In this document: in pieces, positions 36,475-43,784 of the stretch
Numbering within the stretch: the stretch's first letter is position 1
Layout: each line of letters begins with the position of its first letter
From: an uncultured Clostridia bacterium
GTDB taxonomy: Bacteria > Bacillota > Clostridia > Christensenellales > UBA1242
Reading direction: 5' to 3'
Assembly: GCA_947591785.1 (NCBI GenBank)
Contig: CANQDK010000002.1
Span: 79,069 to 143,068, forward strand
Length of the DNA: 64,000 nt
The notes under the pieces: model-generated
The model's input: only the letters and a program-made list of their open reading frames with translations
The model's database searches: none
What the model was told of the DNA's origin: nothing
Translations under genes and position numbers: made by a program

Positions 36475-38469
36475 TTAGAAATCAAATGGATTGGTTGATT
36501 TAAGTATCTTCTTGTTTCTCATCTTTATATCATAATAAACTTTTTGAGTATCCAAGCTTTTCATTATTCCAATGGCTGGTTGGGCATTTTTAACATAGAA
36601 AAGCGGAACTTGGTCATTTCGAGTCGCTTGCAATTTCATTGGATTATATCTAAACAACTTAACAATAACTGTTCCAAATGGAATCTGCCCCAGTTCGTAT
36701 GGTGTGATAAGTGCACGGTTTGAACGTTGAACACTGGTTTGAGTTGTTTTTTCTTCATAATTTTTGTTATTTTTAGAAATTGTTGCCTCTTCATGAATAA
36801 GCTGAACTTCACCACATTGTTTTGAAAAACTCTCCAGTGTTGGCTGATCATCAGTTCCAAGGAAAATCTGTGCATTGCAGTTTCCAAGAATTGTTTTTGC
36901 TGTGTCCTGTCCATATTTTGTTTCCATTTGTGTATATGACTGAACAACCATTTCAAATAAAATGTTTCGTCCACGAGAAACTGTTATCATACTGTCAAAT
37001 TTTGGAATTGGTGGCAAGTTTCCAAATTCGTCAAGCAAGAAATAAACATGGTGTGGAAATTTTTTGCTTGGATATGATTGAGCTTTATCAACCAATCTCT
37101 TGTAAAGTTGCGATATTCCCAAAATCGCAAGATTATGTCTTTCTTCACGATCATCTGGAATAACAAGATAAAGCACTGTTGGTTTACTTGTGAAATCATC
37201 AAAATTTATATCGCTCTGTGAAGTCAAATAGGCAATTCCTATATCATTCATAAAAGAAATTTTTCCGTTCAAAACACCCATATATGATTTTGTTGTGTTT
37301 GGTGCGTTGTTGATGACTGCCGAAGTCAAATTTTGAACAATTGATGTTGCTTCATCTCGCCCTTCCAAAAGATATTTTCTCACAGTGTCAAATGGAGCGT
37401 CTGCATCAGGGTCACGAAAAGTTGCAATCTTATAGAGATTAAAGAAATTGAATTTTTCTTTTGTCATGCCAAGTTCTGGATTAAGACTGTCCTCAAGCAT
37501 TGCCAAAGCACAACCATACAAATAGTCTTGAGCACCTTCTTCCCATGTTGGATCGGTTGCATTTTTTGACTTTGGAGCAATTGTGTTGCAAATCTCTTTT
37601 AATTCATTTTGTGCTTGAGCACAATAAACTTGTTCTGCCGAGTTTACAGCAACCCTCAATTCGTCTTCAGTTGGATATGCAATGCCTTCAAAACCAAACC
37701 ATTCCTTACCATATTTCGCACCAGGAATTTCTTTAAAACCAAATTCTTTTGGCTTTGCACCATTTGTGCATTTTTTTATGTTATTTTTACAATTTTTGCC
37801 TTTGTGATACATGTCAAATGCATGTTCCATTGGATTCCAACGTGTTGACGAAAATGGATCACGCAAATCCAAAGTAATAACACGATATCCCTCATCTTGC
37901 ATAATTCTGCTTGTCTTTTGATAAAGCTCTCCCTTAGGATCGGATACCACCATACAAGGTTTCTCAGCTGTGTGTGCTAAAATTCTTATTGTTGGAATCA
38001 AACATATGGAAGTTTTACCTGAACCTGTTGTTCCTATGATAAGACAATGATACTCGTCCTTCATCGCAATTTGGTATTTTCCATTTTCCATAACATTTCT
38101 AAAAACAATTCCAGTGTTTTTCAACTGAGGGAGCTGATTCCATGTTGTTGCGATAAGCCCAAACTGTTTTGGAATATCCTCTGGTTTTAACCATTTTGCA
38201 TTAAAGGACAAATCCATTTCTTGCCCATCTGAAGTTTTACCAGTTGATTTTGCATTTGGCCTGCTGTCAACCTTCTTCGGATTAATAAGCCAAAAAATTC
38301 CTAATGCCAAAACAAAGCCAACAGCAATTCCAACAAAAGCATAATCTGCTAAGAAAGCATCAAGGAATGATGGTGGCTCTTTTGTGAAGTAAAAAATTGC
38401 CACACCACCAAAATAACCAATAATAACACCAATAATTATAAAAACAAAAATATTCTTCTTAATCTTCAT
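36475..38469 (-). CDS. Type IV secretion/conjugation coupling protein (VirD4/TraG/TraD family), orphan
   Basis: Two N-terminal TM helices. Walker A IIGTTGSGKTS, then VVSDPKGELY, then Walker B VYFLLDEFGNLP. AAGAGGA lies upstream of ATG 38469. No other conjugation genes are in the window. Confidence 0.85.
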   Translation of the reverse strand: MKIKKNIFVFIIIGVIIGYFGGVAIFYFTKEPPSFLDAFLADYAFVGIAVGFVLALGIFWLINPKKVDSRPNAKSTGKTSDGQEMDLSFNAKWLKPEDIPKQFGLIATTWNQLPQLKNTGIVFRNVMENGKYQIAMKDEYHCLIIGTTGSGKTSICLIPTIRILAHTAEKPCMVVSDPKGELYQKTSRIMQDEGYRVITLDLRDPFSSTRWNPMEHAFDMYHKGKNCKNNIKKCTNGAKPKEFGFKEIPGAKYGKEWFGFEGIAYPTEDELRVAVNSAEQVYCAQAQNELKEICNTIAPKSKNATDPTWEEGAQDYLYGCALAMLEDSLNPELGMTKEKFNFFNLYKIATFRDPDADAPFDTVRKYLLEGRDEATSIVQNLTSAVINNAPNTTKSYMGVLNGKISFMNDIGIAYLTSQSDINFDDFTSKPTVLYLVIPDDREERHNLAILGISQLYKRLVDKAQSYPSKKFPHHVYFLLDEFGNLPPIPKFDSMITVSRGRNILFEMVVQSYTQMETKYGQDTAKTILGNCNAQIFLGTDDQPTLESFSKQCGEVQLIHEEATISKNNKNYEEKTTQTSVQRSNRALITPYELGQIPFGTVIVKLFRYNPMKLQATRNDQVPLFYVKNAQPAIGIMKSLDTQKVYYDIKMRNKKILKSTNPFDF

Positions 38470-38554
38470 AAAATCCTCTTTCAATTCTATTCAATTTTTA
38501 TTTTATATCTAAAATTAAAAAAAAGCAAGAAAAGAGAGATATTTTCAAATAAAT

Positions 38555-38583
38555 TTGACTTTTTTTTGTAAATAAATTATAAT
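38555..38583 (+). promoter_or_regulatory. Consensus sigma-A promoter upstream of the tRNA-Arg locus
   Basis: TTGACT (38555-60), a 17-nt spacer, TATAAT (38578-83). No ORF follows. The next plus-strand features are the tRNA fragment and tRNA-Arg. Confidence 0.45.
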
Positions 38584-38743
38584 TCAAGTGTTTTTTTAGT
38601 TGTCACTCTTACTTAAAAATCTCTTGTTTAAAACTTTTACTGTCATTTAAAGCACATCTTCTTAATATAAAAAAATAAAATCTCCAGAAACAATTTCGTG
38701 GGTTGTTTAAAATATCGTGTGATGCACAAACAAAATAGATATT

Positions 38744-38783
38744 GCTCTCGTGGTGAAATGGATATCACATTCGTCTTCGGAAC
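38744..38783 (+). pseudogene. Truncated tRNA 5' half (acceptor arm, D-arm, and anticodon loop of a UCG-type tRNA)
   Basis: GCTCTCG-TG-GTGA-AATGGATA-TCAC-A-TTCGT-CTTCGGA-AC keeps a compensated D-stem (GTGA/TCAC). It shares an identical 11-nt block GTCTTCGGAAC with the intact tRNA-Arg 45 bp downstream. It then diverges, with no 3' anticodon stem or T-arm. Confidence 0.55.
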
Positions 38784-38786
38784 ACA

Positions 38787-38799
38787 TATTTAGGGTTTG
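38787..38799 (+). repeat. Direct repeat copy 1 (TATTTAGGGTTTG) heading a ~50-bp imperfect duplicated segment
   Basis: Exact 13-mer also present at 39015-39027. The following ~35 nt are similar in both copies (TCCTTCAAAAAATTGCCAATTTTGCC versus TCTTATCAAAAAATGGGCTATTTTTGGCC). Confidence 0.7.
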
Positions 38800-38829
38800 C
38801 AATTTTTCCTTCAAAAAATTGCCAATTTT

Positions 38830-38905
38830 GCCCGTGTAGCTCAATGGATAGAGCATCGGTCTTCGGAACCGAGTGTTGCGTGTTCGAGTCGCGTCACGGG
38901 CACCA
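38830..38905 (+). tRNA. tRNA-Arg: tRNA-Arg (anticodon UCG), CCA encoded
   Basis: GCCCGTGTAGCTCAATGGATAGAGCATCGGTCTTCGGAACCGAGTGTTGCGTGTTCGAGTCGCGTCACGGGCACCA. The acceptor pair is GCCCGTG/CACGGGC and the anticodon stem TCGGT/ACCGA with loop CTTCGGA. The T-arm has GTTCGAGTC. Confidence 0.9.
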
Positions 38906-38927
38906 TAAATCCCTTTATTTTAGGGAG

Positions 38928-38960
38928 ATGTAGCGATTTTGATGTCGCTACATTTTTTTA
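38928..38960 (+). terminator. Rho-independent terminator after tRNA-Arg
   Basis: ATGTAGCGA (38928-36), an 8-nt loop, TCGCTACAT (38945-53), then T7. Confidence 0.7.
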
Positions 38961-39014
38961 ATTTTTGCTACAAATTTTCTTGCAAAATAGACCTTCATTT
39001 TGCAAAAAAACTTT

Positions 39015-39027
39015 TATTTAGGGTTTG
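39015..39027 (+). repeat. Direct repeat copy 2 (TATTTAGGGTTTG)
   Basis: Identical to 38787-38799. A looser third copy, TATTTTAGGGAG, lies at ~38915. Confidence 0.7.
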
Positions 39028-39580
39028 ATTTCATCTTATCAAAAAATGGGCTATTTTTGGCCTTTTTTTGCCCAAATTGCAAATTTTTTGCAAATTTGTT
39101 GAAAATTTTTGCACGAAAAAGCCAAAAATGTCAGTAAATATCGGTCATTTACGGATAGTGTTGTATGCTATCATTTTTGCAGAAAAAATGTAAAGGCACC
39201 AATTTTGCTCGGTGCCTTTATCTTATTCATATTCGCTTATTGCGTGCAAATCAAGTTCTGGATATTGAGTTTTATATTCTTCTAACAAGTCGTCTGGCAC
39301 ATAAATCTTTGCACCAGTTTCTATGTCCCAAAAGGGGAATATTTGGAAGGCTCACAAGGATATTACATCAAAGTTTATAATGACAAAATTCTTGTTTTGG
39401 GCAAAGATTTTGTGGAAGGCAAATGGATTGCAAGCGCTTGCTATGAAGCAAAATAATAAAAAAACATGGGGCGCAGGAAAAACGCCTTAAAATTCAAAAA
39501 AACGCGATTTTTGCGGAAAAAATGCAAAATTTTTGAATTATTTAGGCAAAATCTTTGAAAAAAAACTCCGCAAAATTTGC

Positions 39581-39609
39581 AAAAAAAAGAGGGGCTCATT
39601 GAGCCCTTC
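39581..39609 (-). terminator. Rho-independent terminator overlapping the GT2 stop codon
   Basis: GAGGGGCTC (39589-97) pairs with GAGCCCTTC (39601-09): 9 bp with one G-U and a 3-nt loop. On the minus strand it is followed by T8 (A8 at 39581-88 on plus). Confidence 0.7.
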
Positions 39610-40900
39610 TTTTGGTTTTTGTCGAATCTGGAACTTCGTCGATGTTTGTGGAAACGTTGTGTTTGATTGACACCCATTCCACTTTTTTAAACAAAGCGAT
39701 GAAGCAAATTGGAATCAGTGTGATCATGAAAATTGGATAGGCGAACAAAGAAACAAATTTTTTCCAATTTGTCGCTTTGATTCTTTTCCAATCTCGAATC
39801 ACCGCCAAAGAGCCATAGAGGAACAGCCCAAAATATAGCAAGGCGAAAGTGGAAAGTGTTGAAATCAAAAGGTTCAACAAAATTGTGCCGGCAACTCCTC
39901 CAGCCGAGATCTGGATTATGCTTTGCACAACTGACACAAAAAAGTTTACAATTGCCCAACTTGCGGAAAAGACGGGCATAGGGAAAAAGAACACAAAAAA
40001 GTCGAAAAACGCGAAATTCAAGTTTTTAAAAAATTTCAGGAACAAATTCAAAAGGAAGGCAGAAGCACATTGATAGGACCCCTTTTGCCATCGCAAACGC
40101 TGTTTGTAGGTCTGCTTCCACGTCACAGGCTGTTCGTCATAAAAAATTGCGCTGTCACAATAGGCGACACTGTTTCCCTTAATCAGGTTGTCGCAAGAAA
40201 ATTCCAAATCCTCGGTCAATTTTCCATATTTCCAGCCAGTTTGCAAATTCAAAATTTCGCTTGAAACCAAAAATCCAGTTCCGGAAATGTGAGTGGAAAA
40301 GCCAAAAAAGTTTCGCGGGTTGTGAAGGAATCGGCATTCTCTTATGAAATGAACAGATGAACCCATGGTGAAAAGGCTGTCTCCAAAATTTTTGGAGTTT
40401 CGATATGACGTGATAATTTTTTTGCCAGAATCAAAAACCTTGTTCATTTCTTTGACATAATTTTTGTCAAGAAGGTTGTCGGCATCAAAAACAAACCAGC
40501 CGTCCGGCTTATAATCTGGAAAATCGGTCGCAATGTTTTTCAACAAAAAATCCAAAGCAAAGCTTTTGCTGACTTTTTCCAAATTGAATCTTTCATAGAC
40601 AACCGCACCCATTTTTTTTGAAATTTCCGCGGTTTTGTCACCTTTGCTACAGTTGTCGGCGACAACAAAAATTTTCAAATTTTCTGCTGGAAAGTCTTGC
40701 TTTTTGATGCTGTCAATAAGTTGTCCAATAACCTTCTCCTCGTTTCTGCCGGCAATCAAAATTCCATAGGTGTGGTTGACTTTTGCGGGAGGAGTTTTTT
40801 CTTTCACAAAAAAGCCAACAATGATGTAAAGAATTTGATACAGCCCCAAAATTGCGAAAAAACTGCCAAGCACCAAATTGATAATATCCCATGCGTTCAT
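39596..40900 (-). CDS. Membrane-embedded family-2 glycosyltransferase, processive synthase type (PgaC/IcaA/cellulose-synthase-like)
   Basis: N-terminal TM, then GILIAGRNEE...FVVADNCS, DxD-like FVFDADN, QRLRWQKG (QxxRW), and 4-5 C-terminal TMs. GGAGA lies upstream of ATG 40900; the track start is 40954. Confidence 0.8.
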   Translation of the reverse strand: MNAWDIINLVLGSFFAILGLYQILYIIVGFFVKEKTPPAKVNHTYGILIAGRNEEKVIGQLIDSIKKQDFPAENLKIFVVADNCSKGDKTAEISKKMGAVVYERFNLEKVSKSFALDFLLKNIATDFPDYKPDGWFVFDADNLLDKNYVKEMNKVFDSGKKIITSYRNSKNFGDSLFTMGSSVHFIRECRFLHNPRNFFGFSTHISGTGFLVSSEILNLQTGWKYGKLTEDLEFSCDNLIKGNSVAYCDSAIFYDEQPVTWKQTYKQRLRWQKGSYQCASAFLLNLFLKFFKNLNFAFFDFFVFFFPMPVFSASWAIVNFFVSVVQSIIQISAGGVAGTILLNLLISTLSTFALLYFGLFLYGSLAVIRDWKRIKATNWKKFVSLFAYPIFMITLIPICFIALFKKVEWVSIKHNVSTNIDEVPDSTKTKRRAQ

Positions 40901-41148
40901 TTTTTTTACATCTCCAAGTCTTCTTATTTTAATCCATTGAGAAAAACAAGTCAAGCAAAAAGGTGATTGACAGCAAAATTATTTAAGATTTTTTAAATAT
41001 TTTTGACAAAATATATTGTTTTTCAAAACTGAGCCCAAACAAAATCACAATTTGCGAAAAAACAAAAAGCCCCATGAAAGGGCTTTTGGTGAAAATTGAT
41101 TGTGGACTCTCAAACTGTTTTTATCCAAACTGTTTTTGTCTTGCAGTG

Positions 41149-41433
41149 TCACGCCTGTGGGGGACAACTGTTCAGCCGGCAGTTGAGCCTAAAATTATTC
41201 AGCAGTTTCGCCGTTCCAAGTGAGAGTTTCCACTTTCCCTTCTTTGCTTTTTCTATCCACTGTTTTGGAGAAAGAGTAAACGAGTGTGCGCCACTTTGTG
41301 ATAAAAACTGGTCGATTTCGACCACTTTTACATCTGGATTATAAAACCTTTCCCATAATCCCATATATTCTATTGCTGAATAAGTCCTAAACCAATTCTT
41401 AACAACATCTGCTGGTGCGATTGGATTTTTCAT
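41149..41433 (-). pseudogene. KilA-N-like DNA-binding domain fragment (truncated at both ends)
   Basis: APADVVKNWFRTYSAIEYMGLWERFYNPDVKVVEIDQF...HSFTLSPKQWIEKA matches the central conserved block of KilA-N proteins. The N-terminal part and the C-terminal GRYGGTxAHxDIA block are absent in all three frames I checked. Confidence 0.45.
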
Positions 41434-41590
41434 TTTTGCAATGTCTGTAAGAGAAATAAATTTTTTTTGTCAATGTTTTTGTAAGAAACATTTATGCATA
41501 TCCGCCTCCGCCGAAAAAATCATAACGGTTTTGACACAAAAAAACGACCTTCTCGGTCGTTTTTTTTGCTTTCGCTATATGTTAAAGTTT

Positions 41591-43651
41591 TTATTGCTCG
41601 CAATATGTTCTGTAAACAGCATCAAAGAAACATTGTGCAATTTTATCCATTCCCCATTCATTTGGATGAATCATGGCATCTTCTGAAGATACGAAATAGA
41701 AAGGTAAATTTGTAGAGTTTATTCCGCTGTCGTTATATAAATCAACAACATGACACATATATTGTCTTGCAAGGCGTGTTATTGCTTCGTTGTATGCAAT
41801 AAGGTCAGACTCTGGTCTTGAATGCTCTGCAAAATTTGGTAAAAGTGTAAACAAATACACATCTGCACCATCATACTTATGCCTAAGTTGTGAAAGCATA
41901 TCACTATAAGCCTTTTCAAAATCACTAACTGATATACTCCAATTATAATCATTTGCTCCCATATACACAGCAATTATATCTGGGTAAACATCTTTAGTTT
42001 GTTGCTCATCGTGGGTGTCATCGTGAAGTTGTAGGCATCTTGTTTGAGCCAATTCAGAAACTTTGTCTGCTGAATAGGAATTGTTTACACACAACTCCAT
42101 TCCCGTCGTTTCAAGCGCTTTATACCACCAGGTTTTCCAAACTCGATTAAGTTCGTAGCCGTCCCAATAAGTATAAGCATTGTTTTCTATAGTAGAGTTG
42201 TATTTTGTATTGTTTGAATAGCCATTGTATGCGCTGACGCTGTCACCTAAAATTGAAAATTGTTTTCCGCCCAATTTTGCTTTAAGTTCCGTTTCTTTTT
42301 GTTTTTGAACTAACTCGCCTTCAAGCGATTCCAAGTGTTCAACTTGAGTTTCAAAGTTCCTAAATTCTGTGTAATAAACATCCATGTATATTGAGCCGTC
42401 GCCAACGCCGCCCCAATTTTCGCCTTCTCCACAAAATTGCCATGAAAATGGAGAAACAATCCTAAGAGGCTCATCATCTTTTTTTCCATCCCATCCAAAA
42501 ATAACGCTGTCGCTAGGACCTCCAAAACCTAAAGTTTCGTCTTCTGCCAATTGAATATTACATTCAAAGGTTATCCACTTATCAACCCATCCCCCGCCGT
42601 TTTCATCGACATACCAATTAAGTTTGAGTTCGTGTTTTTCTATTGCTCGACTTCCCAACCCTTCTTTTGTGTTTTTAAAAACAGATACTGTAAACACACC
42701 ATCCGCTTTCTCGTTTTTCTTATCTGGCAACGTTATCGTCATAACTGGAACATCAATTCTTGTTATTCTCTTGCCAGCAAACAATCTTAAATCCTTGTAT
42801 GCAATCGGTTTACCTACGCCCCAAGATAGATAATTTTTGGATATATCTTCCTTATTTGGTTGCTTTTCTCTTATTTCAGCCATTGTTTTGAAAACAGGTC
42901 TTTCCCATTCAACAATATTAACTTTGACTTGAATAGCAAGGGTGTCTGCATATTCTCCACTTGCAATAACTTCGTCGTGAGCCTTGTTATCTAGCAAAGT
43001 AAAATTGCCAACTTCGTCATCAACAGGAACATCTTTTAAGCAATAAAGCGAAACTGAGTTATTTCCACCAAGCACAATTGTTTCGTCTTCATTAAGTTCC
43101 AAAGGCTCTTTAAAGTGGATTGTGGTTTTGCCTTTAACGACAAAATAGTTTTGTGCGTTATCAACCGTCAATGGTTCTCCCGTTTTGCGAGAGTTGACGA
43201 CATCACTTACCTTTGACGTGCCGACTGACAATTTTCCCGATGTTTTGGCATAAAATGTTAAATCTGTTATTTCCAAGCCAGAGTAAAGTGCGACATTGGC
43301 ATTTTCCTTGTAATAAGACATTAGGGCAATGTGATTTTGTGCCAAATCAACATATTCTCCGTCAAAGAAACTACTCATTTCACCTGTCACGCCAAGTGTG
43401 TCTTCAAACACCTCGTCTTCCTGCGCCTGTGGTGCTATATAAGCATCTGTCCTTTGAGTTCCATTCCAAACATAATTGTCATAGCCAACATAGAGATTTG
43501 TTTCTTCTGTCGGTGGTAAAGGTGGTAAAACAGGATCGTCTTTACCATTTATAAAAACAGCGGTTACTATTGATGTGATTATTGAAATTACAAGCGACAA
43601 GCTTGCAATAATATATAATATCGCCGTTTTCCAGTTAATTTTCTTTTCCAT
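41591..43651 (-). CDS. Membrane-anchored extracytoplasmic protein with a C-terminal SGNH/GDSL hydrolase domain
   Basis: AAGGAGGAG SD before ATG 43651. N-terminal TM TAILYIIASLSLVISIITSIVTAVFI. The SGNH blocks are FSILGDSVSAY (block I Ser), AVYMGANDY (block III) and MIHPNEWG (block V His). Confidence 0.75.
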   Translation of the reverse strand: MEKKINWKTAILYIIASLSLVISIITSIVTAVFINGKDDPVLPPLPPTEETNLYVGYDNYVWNGTQRTDAYIAPQAQEDEVFEDTLGVTGEMSSFFDGEYVDLAQNHIALMSYYKENANVALYSGLEITDLTFYAKTSGKLSVGTSKVSDVVNSRKTGEPLTVDNAQNYFVVKGKTTIHFKEPLELNEDETIVLGGNNSVSLYCLKDVPVDDEVGNFTLLDNKAHDEVIASGEYADTLAIQVKVNIVEWERPVFKTMAEIREKQPNKEDISKNYLSWGVGKPIAYKDLRLFAGKRITRIDVPVMTITLPDKKNEKADGVFTVSVFKNTKEGLGSRAIEKHELKLNWYVDENGGGWVDKWITFECNIQLAEDETLGFGGPSDSVIFGWDGKKDDEPLRIVSPFSWQFCGEGENWGGVGDGSIYMDVYYTEFRNFETQVEHLESLEGELVQKQKETELKAKLGGKQFSILGDSVSAYNGYSNNTKYNSTIENNAYTYWDGYELNRVWKTWWYKALETTGMELCVNNSYSADKVSELAQTRCLQLHDDTHDEQQTKDVYPDIIAVYMGANDYNWSISVSDFEKAYSDMLSQLRHKYDGADVYLFTLLPNFAEHSRPESDLIAYNEAITRLARQYMCHVVDLYNDSGINSTNLPFYFVSSEDAMIHPNEWGMDKIAQCFFDAVYRTYCEQ

Positions 43652-43784
43652 TAACTCCTCCTTGCGTATTTGCTTATTTAAATTATAACACATTTGTTTT
43701 TTTATCAAAATAAAACCGGCAAAATCTAATTATTATTTTTGCATTAATTTATTATTTTTAACAAAAAGCATATTTTATTCGCTT

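Noticed and set aside
39165-39380. 71-aa plus-strand ORF in the tRNA-Arg downstream spacer
   Set aside because: It crosses a hairpin terminator and is out of frame with the only protein-like segments in the region. See the finding on start-less fragments.
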